Notes: a model not told the origin generated them from the sequence alone. DNA of 61,192 bases from an uncultured Chitinophagales bacterium (GCA_964412365.1 CAYPOI010000005.1:1-61192), one strand, 5' to 3'. Positions 21,101-27,111 are shown, counted from the first letter of the stretch. Translations and numbers: made by a program.

Positions 21101-21474
21101 ACGTCTTCAAATACAGCCTGGTCCAAATACAGATCCAACTCTCCCAGATATATCTGGTCTGCCGAAATACGAGTGGTGTTACCAGAGAGGGTCACAAACT
21201 GGTTTATAAAATCAACCACATACGGTTGCTTGTCGTTCAAATATGTACCGCGTGCAGTTGTGCCATTCGCATCCAAGGTGATTGGGATGTACAGTTGGCG
21301 GAACAATTCAGAGATCGGCAACAGGAACGCCTGCGTATCGGAATCGTAGTAGGCGATAAGGTTAATGTTTATACCGCCCTGATAATTGAATTGCAGAAAC
21401 ACCTCGTCGATCTCTCGCGCTGAGAGCGAAGATGACCAAACTGACAGAAGAAGAATGAAAATAAGCCGGTGCAA
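18103..21474 (-). CDS. usher-like outer-membrane assembly protein fused to three C-terminal SPOR repeats (1123 aa)
   Basis: It has a TTG start and a signal peptide (MHRLIFILLLSVWSSSLSA).
- The N-terminal domain resembles an usher NTD: ...LLPISELFRQLYIPITLD... and EFRVDFSNLMLRLVTPLK.
- An usher signature-like stretch lies at aa 300-357 (nt 20404-20577): SEVELFINDRLTDFTTTDDQGRFTFQIPIVYGPNDIKLVIYGPGGELIESNRTIRIPF. Compare the classical pattern V.V..NG......VP.GPF.I.DL....G.L.V.I.E.DG......VPY.
- A long Y/G/S-rich beta region follows, then two Ig-like C-terminal modules (EVPPGEYRIQVD).
- A Pro-rich linker (RPIPVPVVEEPVVEPVVVKPQ) precedes three SPOR-like repeats at aa 885-1123. Confidence 0.6.
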   Translation of the reverse strand: MHRLIFILLLSVWSSSLSAREIDEVFLQFNYQGGININLIAYYDSDTQAFLLPISELFRQLYIPITLDANGTTARGTYLNDKQPYVVDFINQFVTLSGNTTRISADQIYLGELDLYLDQAVFEDVFQLEFRVDFSNLMLRLVTPLKLPVVLRQERLRLRERLEREKSASRGEFPVAFKRQPRFFNGGFLDYAYQQNLSSRNSLTNSLSLITGSELLGGDVQVNSQVARSESGTEAGVNSWRYRYYHGDNPWLSQTLVGDINATGGTLKSNMTGVRFTNEPLYPDRVFDFYTISELTMPDSEVELFINDRLTDFTTTDDQGRFTFQIPIVYGPNDIKLVIYGPGGELIESNRTIRIPFNFVPKGEFRYDAGYGMDDNVFEGGDDQFGYVRGGYGISPNLTVGATSEYLRTPSNVTKNFTSATINASLKDGLFVNTEFSPSNFLKSDVYYQTTRGDFANAYYTVYAESADIATTGLMNQSGGALFVNIPYEKAPISVRTSFDRSQFPAFILSSTSLDLNSRFGKVSTRGGFRRSSRVLNATGEKLIQDRYQVSATYTMPRDNSVWLPLRGMFLRAQYDAIHAIHNPERFDLTMSRSFLRDGRIQFSMTRIVPTNVTAFFLTLSFDFKYVRTSANTRVTSQAWSSNQSIRGAVAYEPSMNLLWFDNRGQVGRSAVIADLYIDNNDNGVKDKEEQSVPGNILRFQGAGSRYHAVKGFAIYSQMLQYRQYDVEVNKAAVENPVLVPSIERFGVITDPNQHKILSIPFRTSGIFEGGATRETATGNVQSISGLRLYYTNLATNERKEVITFFDGSFYAMEVPPGEYRIQVDTTQLNILRSDSHPAFIDFTVQSIPEGDFIAGLNFDLKLRPIPVPVVEEPVVEPVVVKPQYFRVQTATMSTLARAIMAKMEIEEQTGVVHEIQYSRRWDNYRVFSTEIEGLENALAAINALRKTQFSDAFIISEQIFATEDVFYAIQVGSFSDSLAAVRHIADINTRYGLKGHMLFDAILNQFKVVLEPMSNFLTASTERDRLRSETDLKDAFLITQPNVNSRDMEFTVQFGLFNTQAQAYQLSQRLTSRAGIQNYVIQIGNQYFVRSRPTDRLEDAVLLYRRARTLGYKDAIIHTFRS

Positions 21475-21560
21475 CCTGATAAATCCGTAGGGTTTTCCAG
21501 GATGGAAGGTAGGCAGAGCGCTCCGTTCTATTCGATTATAGTTTCCTTATTCCGTCGGAT

Positions 21561-22385
21561 TCAGAACCGTACCTGGAAGGTCTGACGTACCAATTCCATC
21601 GGGATTTGCTCGGAGGAAGGAATGTCGCGCCGATTTGTGGAAAACGACAGCGTTACGGTATAAGCGCCAGGCGTGATTTCATCCAGGGGCATCTGAAAAT
21701 TGCGTTTCCCAGTCTCAAAAATCGTGGTGGTCTGTTGCTCTTCAAAAACAGTTCTGCCGTTGGCGTCTTTGACCACTGCATCGATGGTTCCGAGAAAGGG
21801 AGAGTTGGCGACGAGTGCGACATCGTACACGAGCAATAGATTGCTATCGGTTTTTGCAAATTGAACGTTCGATGGAACCACCGCAGTGCGAAACGCGCCT
21901 TTGGTATAGTAAACCCCAAGAACCTGTTCGAAAATGAAACTGATTTGGGTTCCTACGCCGCCGACTTCTGTTTGCTGAATCACCGCCGATTGAGGAGTGG
22001 ATCGAACTTTCACGCGAGTCCAATACGTGCCGTCTCCAAGCGTGGACGGAGGACGTACCGTAAGGCGTACCGTTTGTCGCTGACCCGGTTCCAACATGAA
22101 CGTGCGCGGAAAACTGCGGACATATTCGGAGATCGATTTCTGATCGGCAAGGGACGTCGAATCGCTGAACATCATCGTGATGTTGCCCAGTGAATCGGAG
22201 ACTGTGTACCCGAATGTAAACTCCACGGCGATCTCTTGCGCCTGATTGGAATTGTTGGTCACCAAAAACGACCCGAAATTATTGTTGCCAATAAAGATGG
22301 TGGTTGGGGATATGGAAACCTGAGCATGAACCGTATTCAACCCGATCAGTGCCACAGTAAAAAAGAGGACAACAAATAGTCTCAT
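21561..22385 (-). CDS. PapD-like periplasmic pilus chaperone
   Basis: The signal peptide is MRLFVVLFFTVALIGLNTVHAQ. The mature N-terminus is VSISPTTIFIGNNNFGSFLVTNNSNQAQEIAVEF, which parallels the PapD-type start V.L..TR.IF......S..V.N....P.L.Q.WI. The segment FPRTFMLEPGQRQTVRL parallels the chaperone PPLFRL.PG..Q.LRI strand. The mature size of about 250 aa fits two Ig-like domains. Confidence 0.62.
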   Translation of the reverse strand: MRLFVVLFFTVALIGLNTVHAQVSISPTTIFIGNNNFGSFLVTNNSNQAQEIAVEFTFGYTVSDSLGNITMMFSDSTSLADQKSISEYVRSFPRTFMLEPGQRQTVRLTVRPPSTLGDGTYWTRVKVRSTPQSAVIQQTEVGGVGTQISFIFEQVLGVYYTKGAFRTAVVPSNVQFAKTDSNLLLVYDVALVANSPFLGTIDAVVKDANGRTVFEEQQTTTIFETGKRNFQMPLDEITPGAYTVTLSFSTNRRDIPSSEQIPMELVRQTFQVRF

Positions 22386-22464
22386 ATGATGCGTTAAGAT
22401 TCGATCTGTAAGGTGAGGTACATTCTTCGTCTAAGTTAGAAGGTAACCATTTCCATGTGTAACG

Positions 22465-22499
22465 CCCTAAAATAAGAAAACATGCGGTATCGCATGTTT
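22465..22499 (-). terminator. second hairpin terminator in tandem
   Basis: The hairpin AAACAUGCG-AUAC-CGCAUGUUU has a perfect 9-bp stem (22478-22499). It is followed by UCUUAUUUU and lies 4 nt after the first terminator's U-tract. Confidence 0.6.
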
Positions 22500-22503
22500 A
22501 TGC

Positions 22504-22538
22504 AAAAAAAAAGGCGGCACCTTTAGAGGTGTCGCCTT
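22504..22538 (-). terminator. Rho-independent terminator after subunit 5
   Basis: The minus-strand RNA is AAGGCGACACC-UCUAAA-GGUGCCGCCUU. This gives a 10/11 bp stem followed by a run of nine U (plus-strand A-run at 22504-22512). It begins 22 nt after the stop codon. Confidence 0.8.
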
Positions 22539-22560
22539 ATAATTCGCTGTTATGTCGAAA

Positions 22561-23091
22561 TCAGAGGTAAATGGCACTTACAGTGAGAGCGCCGGAGTAG
22601 AGTCCGCCGATTGAATCACCTGTTGGTGCTGTAAATGAACCACCAATGTACAAGGTATTACCTGTCGCCAGAGTTGCACCTGTCGTTGTGTTCAACGTGT
22701 ACGCTGTTGGACTGGCAGAATTCACCGCAAAATTTAGAGTAACCGTTATATTAGCGGCCGGAGTAGTTCCACCACCGCTTACATATGGAAGTAAAATGGT
22801 CGGTGTCGCCGTTTGTCCAGAGATACTTAAACCGCTAACTGTGTAAACGGTTGCAGTAGTGGCAGTGGATGTGATTACAGCACGCTTAGCCGTTGAACCT
22901 GCATTGGTAGCGACGTTCGTTGTAGCGAGTACAGAGACGGCGTCTCCGGCCTCTACGTTTCCGTAGACCAAGTCATCTACTTTCGTGAGAGCAAAAGCGT
23001 CGCGAATAGTTGTGGTTACATTCACAGTAGCTGTTTGGGCTATAGAGAGGGCCGGCGCGAGAATTAATGCGAGAACTATGAGTTTTTTCAT
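22561..23091 (-). CDS. DUF4402/SCPU-like secreted subunit 5, candidate major fibre subunit (176 aa)
   Basis: I take the start at ATG 23091 (MKKLIVLALILAPALSIAQ, a signal peptide) rather than the track's 23190. The mature protein is Thr/Ala/Ser/Gly-rich. It has the N-proximal motif DLVYGNV and the C-terminus GGLYSGALTVSAIYL. Two intrinsic terminators follow it. Confidence 0.7.
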   Translation of the reverse strand: MKKLIVLALILAPALSIAQTATVNVTTTIRDAFALTKVDDLVYGNVEAGDAVSVLATTNVATNAGSTAKRAVITSTATTATVYTVSGLSISGQTATPTILLPYVSGGGTTPAANITVTLNFAVNSASPTAYTLNTTTGATLATGNTLYIGGSFTAPTGDSIGGLYSGALTVSAIYL

Positions 23092-23234
23092 GATAATGTC
23101 AGAGTGATAAGAAAGGTTGATAAGAATGTGTTTGTGTGGGCTTTGAGTAAATTTACGTGACTTTGTTCCTGATTTACCATTAGGTTTCATTAATAAAACC
23201 TAGGAGATAGGGTAAATGATGGCCAAATATTAAG

Positions 23235-23774
23235 CTAATCATAGAAAATGATCATGTTCACTTCGCCGAGATATTGGCCTGGAATCGCATCCTTGGTCTC
23301 GACTTTGCCGAAGACAAAGATGGTCATTTGCAGCATGTTCAATTGCTCCTGACCCTCATTCTGAGGCTGAAAGGGAAGGAAAAAATTGGCCTTGTATTGG
23401 TCGACGATCACCGCCCGAGCGTTTCGCCGTCCCGCTTCCAACACCCCGCTATTTGACCAAGCATACGACAGATCCACGCTGATGCGGCACCAATCCTCCT
23501 GGCAGTTCTTGTACTCCTCGTGGATCAGATATTGCGGCGTGTCTATGGAAACACCCACTAGAGAATAAATCAATCCGTTGATGGTGAAGATCCCAACTCG
23601 GGCATCTTCGAGCGTGATCTCCACATCATCGGACATGTTAAGCTGACCAAAATCCAGCTTCAGCTCAGCCTCGATGTTCACTTCGGGTTCCACTTGTACC
23701 GCGAACTGCACGAACTGAGCACTCGTCATCCAAGGAATCCCGAATGCAAACAATGTCAACCAAATGTTACGCAT
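23235..23774 (-). CDS. DUF4402/SCPU-like secreted subunit 4 (179 aa)
   Basis: The signal peptide is MRNIWLTLFAFGIPWMTSAQ. It has the motif KLDFGQL, a CQEDWC pair, and the C-terminus GQYLGEVNMIIFYD. Its ATG overlaps the subunit-3 stop (TGATG). Confidence 0.65.
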   Translation of the reverse strand: MRNIWLTLFAFGIPWMTSAQFVQFAVQVEPEVNIEAELKLDFGQLNMSDDVEITLEDARVGIFTINGLIYSLVGVSIDTPQYLIHEEYKNCQEDWCRISVDLSYAWSNSGVLEAGRRNARAVIVDQYKANFFLPFQPQNEGQEQLNMLQMTIFVFGKVETKDAIPGQYLGEVNMIIFYD

Positions 23775-24343
23775 CAGTTGTAAATGATTTCGATTGTCAC
23801 AGAGTTGGTAAAACTCCCGACCGTTTCGCTACCTGATGTGGTGATGGTGCCACCCACATACAAAAATACAGTTGATAGAGGCAAGGAAGCTTGGGCAATT
23901 TGGGGCGTGGGTGGCGGAGCGGGTGGGCCAGATCCTCGCTTGATCATGGGTATGCGAACCGTACTGGTGACAAATGACGTATTGCCGGTCATGTTGTCGA
24001 GAAAGGTATTCGTATTGTTATAGGCGAAGGTGTAGGTAATCGCGGATCGGCATGAGGATGTCACACATGTATCATCTCCGTTCAAATACACGAATGCGGG
24101 AGCGGTGATGGTGACAAAAATATCGAGATAGCGGATGGCTTCGATGTTGAGCGCGGCCTCATCGCCCGATCCGATCAAAATCACTTTGCTGTCACCGGAA
24201 ACAATGGTTCCGAATGTGAGATTTCGCTCAACAATCAAGTTGGCACTGGAGGTGTAATACGAACCAAAATTGATCTCTTGCGCGTTGAGGGCTGAAGAAG
24301 CACTGATCGTGTAGAGTAAAATAAGGGTCCGTATCCATCTCAT
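23774..24343 (-). CDS. DUF4402/SCPU-like secreted subunit 3 (189 aa)
   Basis: The signal peptide is MRWIRTLILLYTISASSALNAQ, from ATG 24343 (24346 is a GTG). It has the motif NLTFGTI, a CVTSSC pair, a Pro-rich insert (GSGPPAPPPTPQ), and the C-terminus GSFTNSVTIEIIYN. Confidence 0.65.
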   Translation of the reverse strand: MRWIRTLILLYTISASSALNAQEINFGSYYTSSANLIVERNLTFGTIVSGDSKVILIGSGDEAALNIEAIRYLDIFVTITAPAFVYLNGDDTCVTSSCRSAITYTFAYNNTNTFLDNMTGNTSFVTSTVRIPMIKRGSGPPAPPPTPQIAQASLPLSTVFLYVGGTITTSGSETVGSFTNSVTIEIIYN

Positions 24344-24861
24344 CACAAGTACTCGATTTCAATCGTGAACTCGCCTTGATAGGCGCCAAATTGGATGTTC
24401 TCGATGCTGGCGAAGCCACCGATCCAAAAATAAAATTCCCCGGTGCTGCTCATGGTGAGTGTGCGATTCTCTTGAGTCAAGATCTCGGAGGTGAGTTGAT
24501 TGTCTGTAACCGCACCGGCAACGGTGTACGTGAAGTTGATGGTACTTCCACCCCCAATCCGAATCAGTTCCCGTTGTTCAATGAAGGAAACTCGGATGGC
24601 CGCATTGGGCCTGCCGGAGGCTTTCATCAGTCCGGCACCCGCATCTGTTTTCGGATCGAGACGAAGCTCGTTCGCATCGATGTTGAGCCGACCAAAATTC
24701 ATGTTGGAGATGGTAACCAGCTCCACCGTGGAAAGAATTGAGGTTGAAACTGTAACGATGACTCTATCGTCCGACCGCGCAGGATTTGATTGACCAAGAA
24801 CCAATGTTGGCAACAGCATGATTCCTAAAAAACATATCGTACGTCCTGTTTGTCTACGCAT
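24343..24861 (-). CDS. DUF4402/SCPU-like secreted subunit 2 (172 aa)
   Basis: The signal peptide is MRRQTGRTICFLGIMLLPTLVLGQ. It has the motif NMNFGRL and the C-terminus GAYQGEFTIEIEYL. Confidence 0.68.
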   Translation of the reverse strand: MRRQTGRTICFLGIMLLPTLVLGQSNPARSDDRVIVTVSTSILSTVELVTISNMNFGRLNIDANELRLDPKTDAGAGLMKASGRPNAAIRVSFIEQRELIRIGGGSTINFTYTVAGAVTDNQLTSEILTQENRTLTMSSTGEFYFWIGGFASIENIQFGAYQGEFTIEIEYL

Positions 24862-24926
24862 GAGAGTAAAATACCGATTTCAATTCAGCTCGCACCGTTA
24901 GAACCGATTAACAATCGGATACACGC

Positions 24927-24959
24927 AAAAACCCACCCGGATGGTCAAATCCGAGCGGG
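24927..24959 (-). terminator. Rho-independent terminator after subunit 1
   Basis: The minus-strand RNA is CCCGCUCGGAU-UUGACC-AUCCGGGUGGG followed by UUUUUG. The 11-bp stem has two G-U pairs in this orientation; in the opposite orientation those positions would be A-C mismatches. Confidence 0.7.
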
Positions 24960-24986
24960 TAGTTTGCAATCAGGAGATTCGTTCGG

Positions 24987-25391
24987 TCAGTTGTAAAAGG
25001 CCGATACGATGTAGGTCTGTGGCATCGAGCTCATGTGAGCGGTGTCGATCGTGATGCGCTTGACCTGCGTTGGGTTGGTTTTGCCGTAGCTTAGAATGGT
25101 TTCGTTCGACGAAAGGGTGTAGGTGGCTTCAACCGATTGCGTGTTCGGGATGGATGTACTGAGCGTGGTCATGGATGTGTCTCCTGAGTTCTGTGATTGC
25201 ATGACAGAAAACACCACGTCGCTTAGGCTGGAGCTCGTCACCCGGATTTCATCATCCGAGCTTGACAGGTCCAAGCGGGTCGATTCAACTACCGTCGCAC
25301 GGATCTGCATGGAAGCAGAGGCGGTCCGCTGAGCCATTGCGGCTGTTGCGGTGAGTGCGATAAAGAGGAAGGTTGTGATCGAGCGTTTCAT
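24987..25391 (-). CDS. small Ser/Thr-rich secreted protein (134 aa), divergent first gene of the fibre cluster
   Basis: The signal peptide is MKRSITTFLFIALTATAAMAQ. The C-terminus YIVSAFYN keeps the penultimate Tyr, but the protein lacks the xLxFG and GxYxG motifs of subunits 2-5. Its own terminator follows it. Confidence 0.6.
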   Translation of the reverse strand: MKRSITTFLFIALTATAAMAQRTASASMQIRATVVESTRLDLSSSDDEIRVTSSSLSDVVFSVMQSQNSGDTSMTTLSTSIPNTQSVEATYTLSSNETILSYGKTNPTQVKRITIDTAHMSSMPQTYIVSAFYN

Positions 25392-25629
25392 GGTGTCGTC
25401 CTGATTGTTTCAACAGGAGAAACCTACTGCCTTCGACCCTCTTTATTAACCCATCATATTAACGATGTATGATATTTAACTACGTAAGTGCAATTTTAAA
25501 TGTTAAATTTTAAATGACTTACGCCTTAATTAGATTTATTATGAATAATAAATACATTGATTGTAGATAATATTTATACAACTTTGCATACCCATATCAT
25601 TTAAAATTCCTTTGGGCTGAACGTCGTGC
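25392..25629 (-). promoter_or_regulatory. AT-rich upstream region of the fibre cluster (probable promoter/operator region)
   Basis: This 238-nt spacer is the longest and most AT-rich in the window. It contains a 14-nt tandem duplication (25489-25516) bracketed by a perfect 7-bp inverted repeat: CGTAAGT (25483-25489) and ACTTACG (25517-25523). I could not assign -35/-10 or -33/-7 boxes by eye. Confidence 0.5.
25489..25516. repeat. 14-nt tandem duplication TGCAATTTTAAATG / TTAAATTTTAAATG
   Basis: This was read directly from the sequence. It shares 25/26 nt (25492-25517) with 29834-29859. Confidence 0.9.
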
Positions 25630-26511
25630 CTACTTCGACGCTTCGGAGTATCCGTTCGCCAGCAGCTTCAACATCCTTGTGAGGCGCACTTTCAGCTTGG
25701 TGCGTGGCACGATCACATCCACGAATCCGTGTTCAAGCAGGTATTCGGCGGTTTGGAACCCATCCGGAAGGTCACGTCCGATGGTCTGACGCACAACCCG
25801 GGGCCCCGCAAACGCAATCAAGGCGCCTGGTTCTGCGAGGTTGATATCGCCTAGCATGGCGAACGAGGCGGTGACACCACCCGTGGTCGGGTCCGTCATC
25901 AAGGAAATAAATGGCACTCCCGCTTCATGAAGTAGAGCGAGTTTGGCGGATGTCTTGGCCATCTGCATCAAACTGAGCACGCTTTCCATCATACGCGCGC
26001 CACCCGTTTGGGAGATGATGAGCAACGGAATGCGATGTTCACGGGCATGATCGATGGCGATGGCGATCCTCTCTCCGACCACCGAGCCCATGCTTCCACC
26101 AATGAACCGGAAATCCATACACGCCACAACCAAGTCCAACCCGCTCATTTTACCAACGCCCACACGCAACGCATCCGTGAGGCCGGTTTTCTTCTGCGCT
26201 TCGACCAAGCGCGACGCATAGGGCTTCTTATCGGTGAACTCAAGCGGATCTCCTGGGCGGATATTCCCACCGATTTCGGTCCATTTGTTCTCATCGAACA
26301 GAATCTCGAAATACTCCTTGCTCCCCACGCTAAAATGATATCGACTGGCCGGATCCACCCAGCAATTCTCTTCCAATTCGCGACGATGCACCATTTCTCC
26401 GGTACCCGGAACCTTGATCCAGATTCCTTCCGGCATCTCTTTGGGTGTGTCGGTTTGAATATTCGTGTCTGTGCGCTTGAACCAGCTCATATCATCGTGG
26501 TTTGTGGTCAT
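25630..26511 (-). CDS. accD: acetyl-CoA carboxylase carboxyltransferase beta subunit
   Basis: It has MSWFKR (E. coli starts MSWIER) and a CT core (GGSMGSVVGE, SQTGGARMMES, PTTGGVTASFA). A second ATG at 26490 (MSWFKR) is an alternative start. Confidence 0.9.
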   Translation of the reverse strand: MTTNHDDMSWFKRTDTNIQTDTPKEMPEGIWIKVPGTGEMVHRRELEENCWVDPASRYHFSVGSKEYFEILFDENKWTEIGGNIRPGDPLEFTDKKPYASRLVEAQKKTGLTDALRVGVGKMSGLDLVVACMDFRFIGGSMGSVVGERIAIAIDHAREHRIPLLIISQTGGARMMESVLSLMQMAKTSAKLALLHEAGVPFISLMTDPTTGGVTASFAMLGDINLAEPGALIAFAGPRVVRQTIGRDLPDGFQTAEYLLEHGFVDVIVPRTKLKVRLTRMLKLLANGYSEASK

Positions 26512-26517
26512 GGAGCG

Positions 26518-27111
26518 TCAAAAATACAAAGGTTCGAGGTCTTCGGCACGAACGGGTTTCGTTTTGCCGGCTAGCACCTCGCTCAATATGCCCATGGCGG
26601 AGATGCTCTCCGATCCCATCACATGCACCCCTTTGAGCGATTCAGGCGGAAATCGAAGCTGCCCTGTTCCGGCCAGCACATCCCCTATTCGCAGTCGTTT
26701 CGCCATGTCATTGATTTCGACGATGGCGGATTCGGTATACACATGCTGCCTTCTGGCATCTAAGATGGCGTGGATGGAGGCATCCGGATACAGTTTTCCG
26801 GCCATTTGCGCGATGCCGGCCAACGTATTGATGGCGTAAACCGGAGTATCGAGTCCGTACAACATTCCTTTCACGGCCGAGGCACCGATGCGTAGCCCGG
26901 TGAAAGATCCGGGTCCGGCGCTCACAGCCACGGCATCCACGTCTTGAATCGTCATCCCTTCCGAAACCAACAGTTCGCGGATGAAGCGAAATACGGCTTC
27001 GGAGTGGATTCCCCGCTCTTCTGACCGCAGTTCCTTGGGGTCCCGACCCGGTAATGACAAAGCCACCGAGCAGACCGGTGTGGCGGTTTCGATGGCCAGA
27101 ATTCGTTGCAT
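26518..27111 (-). CDS. tsaB: tRNA t6A37 biosynthesis protein TsaB
   Basis: It has MQRILAIETATPVCSVAL...VAVSAGPGSFTGLRIG, which is diagnostic of the YeaZ/TsaB family. Confidence 0.85.
   Translation of the reverse strand: MQRILAIETATPVCSVALSLPGRDPKELRSEERGIHSEAVFRFIRELLVSEGMTIQDVDAVAVSAGPGSFTGLRIGASAVKGMLYGLDTPVYAINTLAGIAQMAGKLYPDASIHAILDARRQHVYTESAIVEINDMAKRLRIGDVLAGTGQLRFPPESLKGVHVMGSESISAMGILSEVLAGKTKPVRAEDLEPLYF

Noticed and set aside
22561-23190. N-terminally extended versions of several ORFs in the track (for example 209-aa subunit 5; also 26981, 31116, 32507, 42429, 47799, 57424, 59040, 59082, 59561 and 61035)
   Set aside because: The extensions precede clean signal peptides or conserved N-termini. 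Several start at TTG/GTG rendered as M, and several overlap the neighbouring gene. I used internal ATGs that create ATGA/TGATG coupling or canonical N-termini instead.
18103-25391. An apparent GC dip over the fibre cluster, suggesting horizontal transfer
   Set aside because: My spot counts of individual 60-nt lines gave 47-62% GC inside the cluster versus about 58-63% in a few housekeeping lines. That is too noisy and overlapping to claim. A sliding-window GC and codon-usage calculation is needed.
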